Origin: Bacteroidales bacterium
Lineage (GTDB): Bacteria > Bacteroidota > Bacteroidia > Bacteroidales > UBA4181
Assembly: GCA_017523725.1 (NCBI GenBank)
Contig: JAFWVY010000038.1
Span: forward strand, 1,487-65,486
Direction of reading: 5' to 3'
Length of the DNA stretch: 64,000 nucleotides
Part shown: positions 38,387 through 48,694 of the stretch, piece after piece
How the letters are laid out: every line of letters begins with the position of its first letter
How positions within the stretch are numbered: the first letter of the stretch is position 1
Made by a program: the position numbers and the translations under genes
Notes under the pieces: model-generated
The model's database searches: none
What the model saw: only the letters and a program-made list of their open reading frames with translations
Told to the model about the DNA's origin: nothing

Positions 38387-39307
38387 TCAGAAATGTAAAA
38401 GCAACCAGAGAAATATTTTGTCTTTCAATGTCAAACCAAGATCAGCCAGCGGAAGGCTGCGCAACCGGGGATCTGACGCACGCCAAGTCCTGACCGCCCG
38501 CCGTTTCTCCGCCGCCGAAAGTTGCGATGACTTCAGCAAGCCCTTGGCGTACACCAGCAGATCGCGCAGATACTTTCCGGCCGGCACCTCGATGCCGGCC
38601 TGGGCACAGTAGGCCCCTAACGCACGCTGCATGGCTTCGATGTCGGTCAGTTTTTTCCCGTCGTAGCGGTTTACCAGCGACATACCCCGGGCCTTCTCAT
38701 GGAAGAACGGCGCCGCCTTGACAATCTCGATGCGCTGCGCGCCGGACAGATAAGCCAGGTTGAATATCAGGTCCTCGCCAAACGACACGTCCTCCGGGAA
38801 TCCTTGGTTAATCAGGCTTCGCCGGTAAAGTTTGTTCCAGGGCGGCCCGAGCAGTTCCGTTTGGAGCCAGTATCCAAAGTCGCAGTCGAAATCGGTCCGC
38901 GAAACGTAGCTGGCATCCCGTTCGGGTGCCCACAGGCCGCCGTTGGGCTCCGTCGTGCCGCAAATCACCAGGTCAGCGCCGACAGAGGTCATACGGTCCG
39001 TCATCAGCTTGCACATGCCCGGCAGCATGTAATCGTCGCTGTCCACAAACATCACCAAACTGCCGGACGCTGCACGCAGACCGGCATTGCGTGCCGAAGA
39101 CACCCCGCCGTTGGCCTGGTGCAGCACCCTCACCCGGGAGTCGGCAGCCGCGTATTGGTCACACAGGGCGCCCGAGCCGTCCGTGCTGCCGTCATCCACG
39201 AGCAGCAGTTCCAGCGACACCTCCGCCTGACGCAGCACGCTGTCCACGCAGCGCGGCAGGTCGCCGGCGGCATTGTACACGGGCACGATAACCGAAATAT
39301 CTGGCAT
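38387..39307 (-). CDS. Glycosyltransferase family 2
   Basis: SVIVPVYN, VDDGSTD, GVSSARN, FVDSDD, FGED. Confidence 0.92.
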   Translation of the reverse strand: MPDISVIVPVYNAAGDLPRCVDSVLRQAEVSLELLLVDDGSTDGSGALCDQYAAADSRVRVLHQANGGVSSARNAGLRAASGSLVMFVDSDDYMLPGMCKLMTDRMTSVGADLVICGTTEPNGGLWAPERDASYVSRTDFDCDFGYWLQTELLGPPWNKLYRRSLINQGFPEDVSFGEDLIFNLAYLSGAQRIEIVKAAPFFHEKARGMSLVNRYDGKKLTDIEAMQRALGAYCAQAGIEVPAGKYLRDLLVYAKGLLKSSQLSAAEKRRAVRTWRASDPRLRSLPLADLGLTLKDKIFLWLLLHF

Positions 39308-40437
39308 CAGAGCGGAATTTCCATGGCCCGCAGCATCACGGGCGCCATATCATAGTATTTGTATTCGGCCAGCCGGCCGGCGAAGATGACGTGCGTCTCG
39401 CGGTCGGCCAGTGCCTTGTATCGGGTGTAAAGTTCTGAATTGCGGGCGTCGTTGACCGGATAGTACGGTTCCATACCGGGCTGCCATTCCACGGCAAATT
39501 CGCGTGAAACCACCGTCCGCGGCACCTCGTACACCTGGCGGCCGAACAGGGCGAAATGCTTGTGTTCAATGACCCGGGTGTACGGCACGTCACGCGCGGT
39601 GTAATTGACCACGGCATTGCCCTGGTAATTCGGCATGTCCAGCACCTCGGTCTCGAACCGGACCGTGCGGTAGTGCAGACGGCCGAAGCGGTAACCGTAA
39701 AAAGCATCGATGCTGCCGGTATAGACCGTGCACGCGGCCAGCGCATCCAGTTCTGCCCGGTCGCTGAGATAATCCACGCCCGTCCGCACTTCGATACCCT
39801 GCAACAGCCCATCTATTAAGGCATTGTAGCCGCCTTCGGGAATGCCCTGGAAGGCATCGTCGAAATAATTGTTGTCATAGACAAACCGCACCGGCAACCG
39901 CCGGATAATCGACGCGGGCAGTTCGGCGGCGGGTCTCCCCCACTGTTTCTCGGTATAGCCCTTGACCAGCGCCTCGTAGAGGTCGCGGCCCACCAGCAGC
40001 AACGCCTGCTCCTCGAGGTTCCGGGGTTCTGTGGCACCGGCGGCATGCAGCGCCGCCACGGCTTCCTGCCGCTGTGCTTCCAAGTGCTGACGCGCCTCCT
40101 CCGGCGTGGTCACGCCCCACATCTGGTGGAACGTATTCATGTTAAACGGCAGGTTGAAAAGCCGTCCTTTGTAGTTCGCCACCGGACAATTGGTATAGCG
40201 GTTGAACGGCACGATGCCGTTCACGAACTGCCACAGTTGTCGGTCGGAAGTATGGAAAATGTGGGCACCGTAGCGGTGTACCCAGATGCCTTCGCGCTGC
40301 TCGCAATAGACGTTGCCGCCGACATGCGGCCGTTTCTCGACCACAAGTACCCGCTTCCCGGCCTGCCGGGCACGGAAGGCGAAGGTCGCACCGGCCAGGC
40401 CGCTGCCCACCACCAGATAGTCGTAAGGTTTATTCAT
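39307..40437 (-). CDS. glf: UDP-galactopyranose mutase
   Basis: YDYLVVGSGLAG, YGAHIFH, YTEKQWG, EPYYP, GRLAEYKYYDM. Confidence 0.96.
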   Translation of the reverse strand: MNKPYDYLVVGSGLAGATFAFRARQAGKRVLVVEKRPHVGGNVYCEQREGIWVHRYGAHIFHTSDRQLWQFVNGIVPFNRYTNCPVANYKGRLFNLPFNMNTFHQMWGVTTPEEARQHLEAQRQEAVAALHAAGATEPRNLEEQALLLVGRDLYEALVKGYTEKQWGRPAAELPASIIRRLPVRFVYDNNYFDDAFQGIPEGGYNALIDGLLQGIEVRTGVDYLSDRAELDALAACTVYTGSIDAFYGYRFGRLHYRTVRFETEVLDMPNYQGNAVVNYTARDVPYTRVIEHKHFALFGRQVYEVPRTVVSREFAVEWQPGMEPYYPVNDARNSELYTRYKALADRETHVIFAGRLAEYKYYDMAPVMLRAMEIPL

Positions 40438-41308
40438 ACTTGTACGTGAGTTTATGGAACGGGGTGCGCGCGAGAATCTCCTCACGCGTCAGCGGCAAGG
40501 CATCCGGCCGCTCCGTCACCTGCTGCAGACAGTGCGGCAGGCAGTCGCTGACGACGGGCGGCTGCAGGTCGCGCATCCGGCCGTTCACCAGCACCTCGAA
40601 CAGAATCTGGAAAAAGAAATAATCCGGCAGACCGTCATGGTGATTCCACCAGAAAAACATCAGATTGCACAGATAACTGATCATGGGTGTCCCGCGCCGG
40701 GCCGCCATGATACTGTTCAGCATCCTGACTTTGAAATCGGGATGCCAGTCGAAATAATAGGCATACGTGTGTTCCCAGAACTTCTGGTTCGGTTCTGCCG
40801 GATCGCGGCGATATACAAAGAAATCGGCCGTTGCCATTTCCGGCGGCACCGGACCGGACATCATCACCGTGGCATCCAGCCAGAGACCGCCGTAAGTCTT
40901 CAGCAGCATCAGCCGGAGCAAATCGGAAAAATGCGCCGTCGTCATCCGGGACCGCATGGCACGGATGCCGTCTGGCAAATCGATATACATCTCCAGGTTG
41001 GCATCGCAGAGCCGTACGACACGGTAGTCGCCCGCATACCGGTCCACCGATGCCATGCACTCCGCCACCACAGCGGGTACCTGATCCCATCCCTGCGCCC
41101 AGTACTGCCAGATAGTGCGTCCATCCGTCAACGGCTGTTTCGGCACCGCGTCGAACGGTTCCGGATGCGCATCATAGGCTTCGATCAGTTGTTCGCAGAG
41201 CTGCACCACCTGGGCATGACGACGGAGGATGCGCCGCCGCCGCAGGCCCGACCAAAGCCGGTCCGGTACCAGACCACGGATGACTTTCTTTAAAGATTTG
41301 GATGCCAT
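40430..41308 (-). CDS. Capsular polysaccharide synthesis protein (Caps_synth/GT32-like)
   Basis: IWQYWAQG, HFSDLLRL..L..YGGLWLDAT, DYFFF, HKLT. Confidence 0.88.
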   Translation of the reverse strand: MASKSLKKVIRGLVPDRLWSGLRRRRILRRHAQVVQLCEQLIEAYDAHPEPFDAVPKQPLTDGRTIWQYWAQGWDQVPAVVAECMASVDRYAGDYRVVRLCDANLEMYIDLPDGIRAMRSRMTTAHFSDLLRLMLLKTYGGLWLDATVMMSGPVPPEMATADFFVYRRDPAEPNQKFWEHTYAYYFDWHPDFKVRMLNSIMAARRGTPMISYLCNLMFFWWNHHDGLPDYFFFQILFEVLVNGRMRDLQPPVVSDCLPHCLQQVTERPDALPLTREEILARTPFHKLTYKYE

Positions 41309-41330
41309 GAGACAACCAAGATATAGCGTT

Positions 41331-42146
41331 TCACTGCCAATCGGCCGAAGTGAATTTCCGGGCGAACAGGTAATCGGAATCCTTCAAGGAGTCCCACTCC
41401 GACAGCGCATAGATGCCCGGATGCGCGCGGCCCATTTCCTGCTTCAGCAGAATCTCGCAGTTCCTTACTTTTTCTTTCAAAGGCGAAGCCAACAATTCGG
41501 AGGGAACGAAGAATTCATCTCCGCAGAACGAAAATCGGTATTTCCGGAGAATACGTTTTTTACTGGCGACCAGATAGCGCACCGCATCATCGGTCAGACT
41601 CAGCCACTGGCTGGCCTTATAAAACGCATCCTCCTTATGAACAGTGATATGCAAGGCCTTCTGCAACGCGATACAAGCCCGCCAGGCGTACTGCGACAGG
41701 CGTCTGATGAACGGCCGGGCATCGGCATAATGTTTCAGGAAAAAGTGAATGCGGTGCATTTTCAGAGTTTCCTGATAGGATTCGTCCTTGCGCAGTCCCG
41801 TCAGCAGGCTGCAGCCGTCGGCCCGTTCAAAGAAATCTTCGATTTCACGCACCGGTTTGAGGGGCAAATGCGTACCGGATATCAAGTGATAATACGCATA
41901 GTCTCCCGATTGACGGGCAGTTTCAAATAGCAGGAATTCCGCCCGCAACTGCGATACCGTACCCCAACGCACATCCACGGCATGCAACACCGTCAGCCGG
42001 CTCCGCACAGTGGAAAGTTCAGGCATCTCCTTCACCTTCCGGTCCAGGTGGACGTAAATGTCGTTGCAGTCATCATCCAAAGCCTCCAGCAGAAGCCGGA
42101 GTACTTCGAACTCGTTGTGCGCCATGATGAGCCAGGCGTGTTTCAT
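41331..42146 (-). CDS. GT14 / core-2 I-branching-type glycosyltransferase (second copy)
   Basis: HAWLIMAH, VRWG, HLISG, SQW, GDE, FARKF. Confidence 0.88.
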   Translation of the reverse strand: MKHAWLIMAHNEFEVLRLLLEALDDDCNDIYVHLDRKVKEMPELSTVRSRLTVLHAVDVRWGTVSQLRAEFLLFETARQSGDYAYYHLISGTHLPLKPVREIEDFFERADGCSLLTGLRKDESYQETLKMHRIHFFLKHYADARPFIRRLSQYAWRACIALQKALHITVHKEDAFYKASQWLSLTDDAVRYLVASKKRILRKYRFSFCGDEFFVPSELLASPLKEKVRNCEILLKQEMGRAHPGIYALSEWDSLKDSDYLFARKFTSADWQ

Positions 42147-42159
42147 GGCCGATTCCATC

Positions 42160-43191
42160 TCACCTCCCCAGAAGACGGTCACCGCATGCCGTGAACCACC
42201 GGGAAGCCCTCGGCGCCAGATACGTTTCGTAAAGCCAACTCAATAGCAGCAAAATAACGAAGATGAATAGCAAAGCGGGAAAATTTGGCCAAGCGGCTAT
42301 CTCATGCGACAACGAAATACAGAGTGCCTGAAACATATAAATGCCCAGCGACAGACTGCCGAGAAAAATCAACGGCTTGGAATTCAGCAACGAAGAAACA
42401 AGCCCCCGGCATTCCGAAGCGAAAAGACAGATCATGAAACCGATGACAGGATACCAGTACTGCTTAGGGATGAAACGTCCCGGGAACCAGGGCGTGTAAA
42501 CCAGACTCAGCGCCACCAGCGCGAGCGCCGCCAATTCGAGCACCGTGACCACCGGGCCGTTCAGACGATCCGCCCAACGCTTCAGATTCTCCGACTGCAA
42601 GGCGATAATCATGCCCAACGTAAAATCAAGCGCCCGGGCAAACGGATTAATGTAGCAGAGCCAGCGGCGGCCGATGGAAGCCGGCAGTACGACCGAAAAG
42701 ACCGCCCAGGCTACGACTGCCATCAAATACAACACATACATCTTCCGGCCGTATCTGAGAAACATACGTAAAAGCGGCACAAAAATGATATACGAGAACG
42801 TGAGCGATGACAAAAACCAGGATGCCGTATTGAGCGTCCAGTTGATTTCCCATCGCGGCACATACGACTGCGTCAGTGTAAAGTGGAACGGCACCGCCGC
42901 CCAGACCTTCGCACCGAAAACCAGCGCCAGCGCCAAGGTCAGCCATTGTATCGGATAAATCTTTGAACCACGCCGGACCAGGAATTTCCCATAAGAGAAA
43001 TCCGGACGTTGCACCCGGTCTCTGTAGCTCATGGTCAGTGCATAGCCCGACAACACAAAGAAGAAGAGCACCACGATATTGCCCATATCGATACCCAGCG
43101 CAATTCCCCGGTCCGGCAGGAAATGGTGCAGGAAAATCATGATGGCGAACAGTCCCCGAAGAGACGCCAGGTTATTTCGCGTCGTGTTCAT
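42160..43191 (-). CDS. Acyltransferase family 3
   Basis: SLRGLFA..HH, VLFFFVLSG, RRGSKIYP, SWFLS, SLGIYMFQ. Confidence 0.9.
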   Translation of the reverse strand: MNTTRNNLASLRGLFAIMIFLHHFLPDRGIALGIDMGNIVVLFFFVLSGYALTMSYRDRVQRPDFSYGKFLVRRGSKIYPIQWLTLALALVFGAKVWAAVPFHFTLTQSYVPRWEINWTLNTASWFLSSLTFSYIIFVPLLRMFLRYGRKMYVLYLMAVVAWAVFSVVLPASIGRRWLCYINPFARALDFTLGMIIALQSENLKRWADRLNGPVVTVLELAALALVALSLVYTPWFPGRFIPKQYWYPVIGFMICLFASECRGLVSSLLNSKPLIFLGSLSLGIYMFQALCISLSHEIAAWPNFPALLFIFVILLLLSWLYETYLAPRASRWFTACGDRLLGR

Positions 43192-44302
43192 GGGAAAAAG
43201 ATTGTTTATCGCGGTTGATGGTTCTGTTTCCCACCGAAATTGCAAGAAATCTCGGAACAATCCGTTCAAGCAACCGGTACAAAAGAATGCACAACGCACA
43301 TACCACAAACGGTGTCAGGAAAAACGCTGCATAATCCGCAAACAGGGAATGCCCCAACAAACGTATCATCCCAGCCTTAGTCCATCCCAGGATATGTATC
43401 ACATGCACCGCGTAAATAAAAAACACATAGCGAGACAAACGCATCAGCAGATTATTCACCCTGTTGCACGACAACATGGTATCCGTCAGATTTACGGCTG
43501 CCGGCACAAAGCATATCAGGAAATATTTAAGCAAAATATCATGATACGGAGACGATGTATAGCAGGTAGCCACAAACAACGTAATCGCTGACAGAATGTA
43601 AGACGGCCATGTTATCTGTCGGCAGAGGGTCAGCAGATCTTTCTTGAACATGCCCAGCCACGCACCGGCAGTACAGAAATACACCGATTCCACACGGAAG
43701 CCAGGCACCGCGAAATAGAAAGGCAGGAAAAAAGATACTACCAGCAGAATACACGAAAGCCATTTCAGATGACGAAAAATGAAATACAGCAACGGCGTAC
43801 ATAATGTCAGACACATCAGATCCCGCACATACCATAGTGGCAGATTAACCGGTCGGAACCATAGCCAGTCCCATACCGTGCTGCTCTGAAGGACAGCCAA
43901 CCCTCCGTCATCTTTTAAGCCGGTCTTATACAACAAAAGACTCTTGCCAGCCACAGCCGCAATCATGATCAAGTTCCAGATCAGGTACGGTACCAATAGT
44001 GTACGCACCCGTTTTTTCCACTGTTTTAAAAACCACTGCAGACCAACTTGGTCGGGATCAGCCGACCAGAAAAACAGATAACCAGACAGGACAAAGAAAA
44101 CACAGACGGCAACCCTGCCCAGATTAAAGGAGAACAAGTCCGTCACGAAATGGAACACCCTTTCCTGCAGAGGATCTGCAACCGGTATATGGGTCCACAC
44201 TGTGGCATGCACCCAAATGACCAACAGAATCAACGGGAACCGTAAAGCTGAGATAACCGCCGAGGTCCGTGGCGACATAGGGTATGAAATGGTCGAAGTC
44301 AT
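43172..44302 (-). CDS. Acyltransferase family 3 (start 44302 or 44278)
   Basis: LRFPLILLVIWVH, FFVLSGYLFF, KKRVRTLLVPY, PLWYVRDL, FFIYAVH. Confidence 0.9.
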   Translation of the reverse strand: MTSTISYPMSPRTSAVISALRFPLILLVIWVHATVWTHIPVADPLQERVFHFVTDLFSFNLGRVAVCVFFVLSGYLFFWSADPDQVGLQWFLKQWKKRVRTLLVPYLIWNLIMIAAVAGKSLLLYKTGLKDDGGLAVLQSSTVWDWLWFRPVNLPLWYVRDLMCLTLCTPLLYFIFRHLKWLSCILLVVSFFLPFYFAVPGFRVESVYFCTAGAWLGMFKKDLLTLCRQITWPSYILSAITLFVATCYTSSPYHDILLKYFLICFVPAAVNLTDTMLSCNRVNNLLMRLSRYVFFIYAVHVIHILGWTKAGMIRLLGHSLFADYAAFFLTPFVVCALCILLYRLLERIVPRFLAISVGNRTINRDKQSFSHEHDAK

Positions 44303-44327
44303 TGATACTTGCACAGTCAACTGCGTA

Positions 44328-45380
44328 TCAGGCACCTGTCGGTCTTTTCCAAGCCGCCCTGGCAACCTGCATCAGTCGGACGAAAAGCGCTGGCAAGCCG
44401 GCACCAACCAACAAGTACAGCACCCACCAACCCGATTGAGCATAGGTCGTCATGACTGGAAACTCTGCCAGTCTTTCCATGGGAAGTCCGGCCGTAGAAA
44501 TAATGCAGAGACTCACCAATTTAAAGCATAAAAGGTGAAATGTCAACACTGCAAGGGTATGGTCACCGAAGAAGCGCAGCGTACGCTTCACCCATTCCGG
44601 GACCATTCTCCCGCGCATCAAGACAACGGCAGTGGCAAACACCACAAAGGTCCCAAGACATGCCGTCACGACAAACGGAATCATCTGTCGCGCCGAAACC
44701 GTAAACATATCGTTGGAACAAAATCGAACGCCGACCGCCGCTCCTGCCATGCCGATAATTATTACCCATGCGGAATTCTCGACATGCCAACCCGATTTCC
44801 GGTACCAGTAACCGCAAAGGAAAAACAATGCAGCAAGACAGTCTGCCTTACCCAGCCCCCAAGTCCAGTTACGCCAGCCCCAACCGAAATGTGAAGCCAA
44901 TACCGCAAGCAACAGCGCAGCCGCACAGGCCGCCCACGGCCGACGAATCAACCGCAACAACACATAGCCCAGTAGCGAACCAAAAAAGAGCGTACGAAGG
45001 AACCAGTAGGGGCCGAGCAACAACTCTTTGTTATTCATACCGATTAATTGTACGAGACGCTCTGCTGTTTCCTGCACGGAATAGAGACGGGCATCCGCCC
45101 ATTGGCTGTAATCAGGATGATAGATATTCAGTCGAAAGAATAAATTGTGGCACAGCAGGAACACAACGCCCCATCCGATATATGGCAAATAGAGCCCCTT
45201 GATTCGTTTTTTAACAAAGGTCCACGCATCGGTCAGATAACCATCTTTCATACAATAGCCTGCACACAGGTGGAACATCGTGATGAAGATTCCGCCATAA
45301 GCAAAGTACTTGGCATGCCACCACACCATCAGGAGAATACCGAGGGCTTTAAGGGCAGATATGGCATCGTTCTTTGGCAT
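44328..45380 (-). CDS. Acyltransferase family 3 with apparent in-frame 5-aa deletion in a conserved TM motif
   Basis: KALGILLMV..H, KKRIKGLYLPY, YWFL. FH-LCAG where paralogues have F(H/N)MPLFFI.(A/S)G. Confidence 0.85.
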   Translation of the reverse strand: MPKNDAISALKALGILLMVWWHAKYFAYGGIFITMFHLCAGYCMKDGYLTDAWTFVKKRIKGLYLPYIGWGVVFLLCHNLFFRLNIYHPDYSQWADARLYSVQETAERLVQLIGMNNKELLLGPYWFLRTLFFGSLLGYVLLRLIRRPWAACAAALLLAVLASHFGWGWRNWTWGLGKADCLAALFFLCGYWYRKSGWHVENSAWVIIIGMAGAAVGVRFCSNDMFTVSARQMIPFVVTACLGTFVVFATAVVLMRGRMVPEWVKRTLRFFGDHTLAVLTFHLLCFKLVSLCIISTAGLPMERLAEFPVMTTYAQSGWWVLYLLVGAGLPALFVRLMQVARAAWKRPTGA

Positions 45381-45384
45381 AATA

Positions 45385-46488
45385 TCAGCGTGTAACAGAA
45401 TCCTTTACAAGAAGATTCCGTCCTTTCGTACGGACGGCCTCCACAAGGGATGCCCCTAATATGGGAAGAGCAAGGCCGACCAGCAGATAGACCGGCCACC
45501 AACCCGCTTTGGAATAAGCAGAGATAATCGGATATTCCGCCAGACGGTCCAACGACAGGCCAGCCGTTTGGATAATGCAATAATTCACCAGTTTAAAGCA
45601 CAGAAAATGAAAGGTTACTATCGGCATCGTATGCTTGCCTACAAGACGCATAGCATGTTGCAACATCGCCGGACAGCGATACGATGCCAACCACCGGCCC
45701 AACGCGAATACAGCCAACGCGCCACAGCCTGCAGCCAGCACATACTGCAACAAAGTACTGCACGAGAACGACTGCATATCAACCGGGAAAAGGACACTGA
45801 TCACTGCCGTAATAGCCATGCCCGTCGCCACGACCATCCAACGTCGCTCAAGCTGAAGTCCGCTCAATCGATACCCATACCCGCAGACAAAAAGACATGC
45901 TCCCAGGAAGCATCTCTTGTCGATGCTGCCGAACGGCAAATGCCAGCCGAAATGAGAGGCCGTGCCCGCAAGTATCAGCGCGAATCCGGCCGCCAACCAG
46001 GGCTTTTTCAGAAAACGTATCAGTACATAGGCCACCAACGAACCGAAAAGCAGAACCGGGAAAAACCAATACGCACCGAGCAGGGTCTCCCCGAAATTCA
46101 TCTGAATCAGCAATCGCCAGAAGTGGTCCAACATCTCGGGTATGTCATACAAATGCGCGTTGCCTTCGTAACTGTACTTTGCATTATACAGATTCAGTCT
46201 AAAGAACAGATTATGCGCCAGCAGGAAAACAAGCCCCCACTTGACAAACGGCACATAGAGTCCCTTAAAACGCCGCCTCACAAAGGGCATTGCATCGGTC
46301 AGGTATTTTTCTTTGAAACAGAAACCCGCCGTAATAAAGAAAAGCGGCATATTGAACAAGTGCGTGAACTGTATGCCATATTTCGAGTAACCTGTATGCC
46401 CCAGCACCATGAGAACAATGCAGACCGCCCGCGCCATGGAAATCATGTCGTTTTTAACGGTCGGAGCCGGGGCAGAAGAATTTGTCAT
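45385..46488 (-). CDS. Acyltransferase family 3
   Basis: RAVCIVLMVLGH, FNMPLFFITAG, RRRFKGLYVPF, YWFF. Confidence 0.9.
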   Translation of the reverse strand: MTNSSAPAPTVKNDMISMARAVCIVLMVLGHTGYSKYGIQFTHLFNMPLFFITAGFCFKEKYLTDAMPFVRRRFKGLYVPFVKWGLVFLLAHNLFFRLNLYNAKYSYEGNAHLYDIPEMLDHFWRLLIQMNFGETLLGAYWFFPVLLFGSLVAYVLIRFLKKPWLAAGFALILAGTASHFGWHLPFGSIDKRCFLGACLFVCGYGYRLSGLQLERRWMVVATGMAITAVISVLFPVDMQSFSCSTLLQYVLAAGCGALAVFALGRWLASYRCPAMLQHAMRLVGKHTMPIVTFHFLCFKLVNYCIIQTAGLSLDRLAEYPIISAYSKAGWWPVYLLVGLALPILGASLVEAVRTKGRNLLVKDSVTR

Positions 46489-46491
46489 AAT

Positions 46492-47448
46492 TTATCTGTC
46501 TTTTGCCTGACTTTGCGATGCCGGTTGCATCACCTGCCACCCCGGTCTGTACACCGGATGCTTGCCCATCCGGCCGATCCAGGCGTCCTTGACTGCCTGC
46601 CAGCGCACCTTGTTCCGGGCAGGATTGTCCACGCCCTTCAGCCGGTGCAGCAGGGCAATGCGCAGCCGGTTCAGCGCCACCAGCGGAAAATGCTTCCGCA
46701 GCATGACGTGTTCGTTGCGCGTGAAGTAATACTCATCCCACGAGACCAATACCGGCGAAGGCTGCTGCGGCCGGGTCGCCTGGTTGTCGTGTGCGATCCG
46801 GATGGCCGGCACGCACCACAGCGGTCCGTACTTCGCAAGCCGCAGGCTGTGTTCCGTATCGTCGTGATATATAAAGAACCCCGGATCGACCAGTCCCACC
46901 TTCCGTAAAGCCTTTCCGTTGAGAAAAGACCCGACATACGACAGGAAATCTATCCGGAACATCGGTTGCTGATAATCGGCCTCTTCGGAAAAAATCCGCC
47001 GGAGCAGCCGATGCCGTTCGATAATGTACCGGCTTCGGTGCTGGCATTCGATGTCGCCGGACGGATAGTACACCATGCCGCAGACTGCCGACATGGCCGT
47101 CACATTATGCTCAGCGGCAAAGGCCAGGAATTGCGCCACGAGGTCGTCATCGGGATAGGCATCATCGTCGGCCAGGAACACCCAGTCCGGATTGAATTCC
47201 ATGGCCTTCACCTGCCCACGGTAGAATCCGCCCGAACCGCCCAGATTTTCTTCGGTGGTGACCACCTGCCGACCAAAGGCCGATGGCGCTGATGCCCACT
47301 CTTTCAGGAAATCCGCCGTCCCGTCCGAGCTGTGGTTGTCCACCACGATGACATGGTGGAACGGTACGGTCTGCCGGTCGTAACAAGCTAATGCTTTCCG
47401 GAGTTTCTCCAGGCGGTTGAAAGTGACGATGACAGCGGTTATTTGCAT
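46492..47448 (-). CDS. Glycosyltransferase family 2, galactofuranosyltransferase-like
   Basis: VIVTFNR, VDNHSSD, NLGGSGGF, LADDDA, FFIYHDDTE; glf lies in the same locus. Confidence 0.88.
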   Translation of the reverse strand: MQITAVIVTFNRLEKLRKALACYDRQTVPFHHVIVVDNHSSDGTADFLKEWASAPSAFGRQVVTTEENLGGSGGFYRGQVKAMEFNPDWVFLADDDAYPDDDLVAQFLAFAAEHNVTAMSAVCGMVYYPSGDIECQHRSRYIIERHRLLRRIFSEEADYQQPMFRIDFLSYVGSFLNGKALRKVGLVDPGFFIYHDDTEHSLRLAKYGPLWCVPAIRIAHDNQATRPQQPSPVLVSWDEYYFTRNEHVMLRKHFPLVALNRLRIALLHRLKGVDNPARNKVRWQAVKDAWIGRMGKHPVYRPGWQVMQPASQSQAKDR

Positions 47449-47482
47449 GGTTCTTGTTCCGATTTCATGCAACGCCAGTTTA

Positions 47483-48610
47483 TCAACTTTGCGACAGCCA
47501 GATTTTGAAGAACTTGTCGTAGACTTGATACACGCCGTTTTCCATGGTAAGCAACCCCTTGTCCAGCAACGCAGGGACTGCAGCCTTGACCGAACTGGGG
47601 CTTCCTAATCCATACTTTCTGACAAAAGCCCCCGAAGTAAGATTGGTAGCCTTCCCTTCTCTTCCGATAGCTGTCAGAATCAGGCTTTGTTTTTCTGGCA
47701 ATTGATACAGCAGATCCTCGTATATCGGCGAGGACAAATCAATAATATTCTGTACAGCCCTGTCAACTTGAGCCTTATGACAACACGCTTCTGGTCGGGT
47801 CAATGAATACAGTTCGTTCATCACGCGCTGGAGGTAATACGTCACACCATCGAACAAACTGTAAACATAATCGACGGCATCAGTGTCGATCTCCTTGTGT
47901 CCTTCATGAAAAAGACGTTGACAAAAAGGAGTATACTTATCCAAAGCCAGTCGTTTTAGTGCATACAAGGTAACGCTCTGATAGAAAGGCCTTGCGGGAG
48001 AAGTGAACATCGTACCCATCAGATGTTGGCGGGACCCGGCAAAAACAAATTTGGCGTTGGAGCAATACTGAACATGGGTTCGCAACGCTGCTTCGACGCC
48101 CTCGTCTGCATATTTTGTAATCTGTTGAAATTCATCAATGACAACAATACATGGCTTGTCAGCATGTTGCAGATAGGTAAAAATCTCATCCAATGTCGCC
48201 ACCGGCGATTTGATGTCGCCCAGACTCATGGTCCATGATGGCTGGCCGTTCATATCGAAACTCACTCCCGAGCGCACAGATGTCAAAAAAAACAAGAATT
48301 TTTCCCACGCTTTTTTTCCTTTGGGTTTCAGTGTTTCAAGAATCACACTCCCCATTTTATTCACCATTTCGGAAAAAGACTTGGTGGAATAGATGTCAAT
48401 GATAAACGTGTGGTAACGACTCGAAATTTCAGGCTGGGCAAAACAATGCCTCAGCAAATCGGTCTTGCCGTAGCGCCGTGGCGAAACCAGAGCAAGATTG
48501 TTCCCGTTGGCAATCAGACGAATGATATCCTCTGTTTCCTTCTCACGGTCACAAAAATACTCGCCGCCGACATAACCTGTTGTCACAAAGGGGTTGTCTA
48601 ATTTTGCCAT
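47483..48610 (-). CDS. AAA+/archaeal-type ATPase with C-terminal winged-helix-like domain
   Basis: NPF, FCDRE.E, Walker A SPRRYGKT, Walker B VVIDEFQ, FAGS, C-terminal SSVKAAV..LLDKGLL...VYDKFF. Confidence 0.88.
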   Translation of the reverse strand: MAKLDNPFVTTGYVGGEYFCDREKETEDIIRLIANGNNLALVSPRRYGKTDLLRHCFAQPEISSRYHTFIIDIYSTKSFSEMVNKMGSVILETLKPKGKKAWEKFLFFLTSVRSGVSFDMNGQPSWTMSLGDIKSPVATLDEIFTYLQHADKPCIVVIDEFQQITKYADEGVEAALRTHVQYCSNAKFVFAGSRQHLMGTMFTSPARPFYQSVTLYALKRLALDKYTPFCQRLFHEGHKEIDTDAVDYVYSLFDGVTYYLQRVMNELYSLTRPEACCHKAQVDRAVQNIIDLSSPIYEDLLYQLPEKQSLILTAIGREGKATNLTSGAFVRKYGLGSPSSVKAAVPALLDKGLLTMENGVYQVYDKFFKIWLSQS

Positions 48611-48640
48611 GTCAGTTTAAACTCAAGAATCACAATCTCA

Positions 48641-48648
48641 CAAATTTA
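48641..48648 (-). promoter_or_regulatory. Internal -7 box (TAAATTTG) for the ATPase gene
   Basis: Reverse complement of CAAATTTA, 30 nt upstream of the ATG. Confidence 0.65.
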
Positions 48649-48650
48649 CA

Positions 48651-48690
48651 ATTTTTCCATAAAATGGAAATCATAAAATGGAAAAATGCT
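48651..48690. repeat. Palindromic/direct repeat: TTTCCAT-AAA-ATGGAAA plus a second CATAAAATGGAAA copy
   Basis: ATTTTTCCATAAAATGGAAATCATAAAATGGAAAAATGCT; a related sequence occurs at 63906-63927. Confidence 0.7.
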
Positions 48691-48694
48691 ATCG

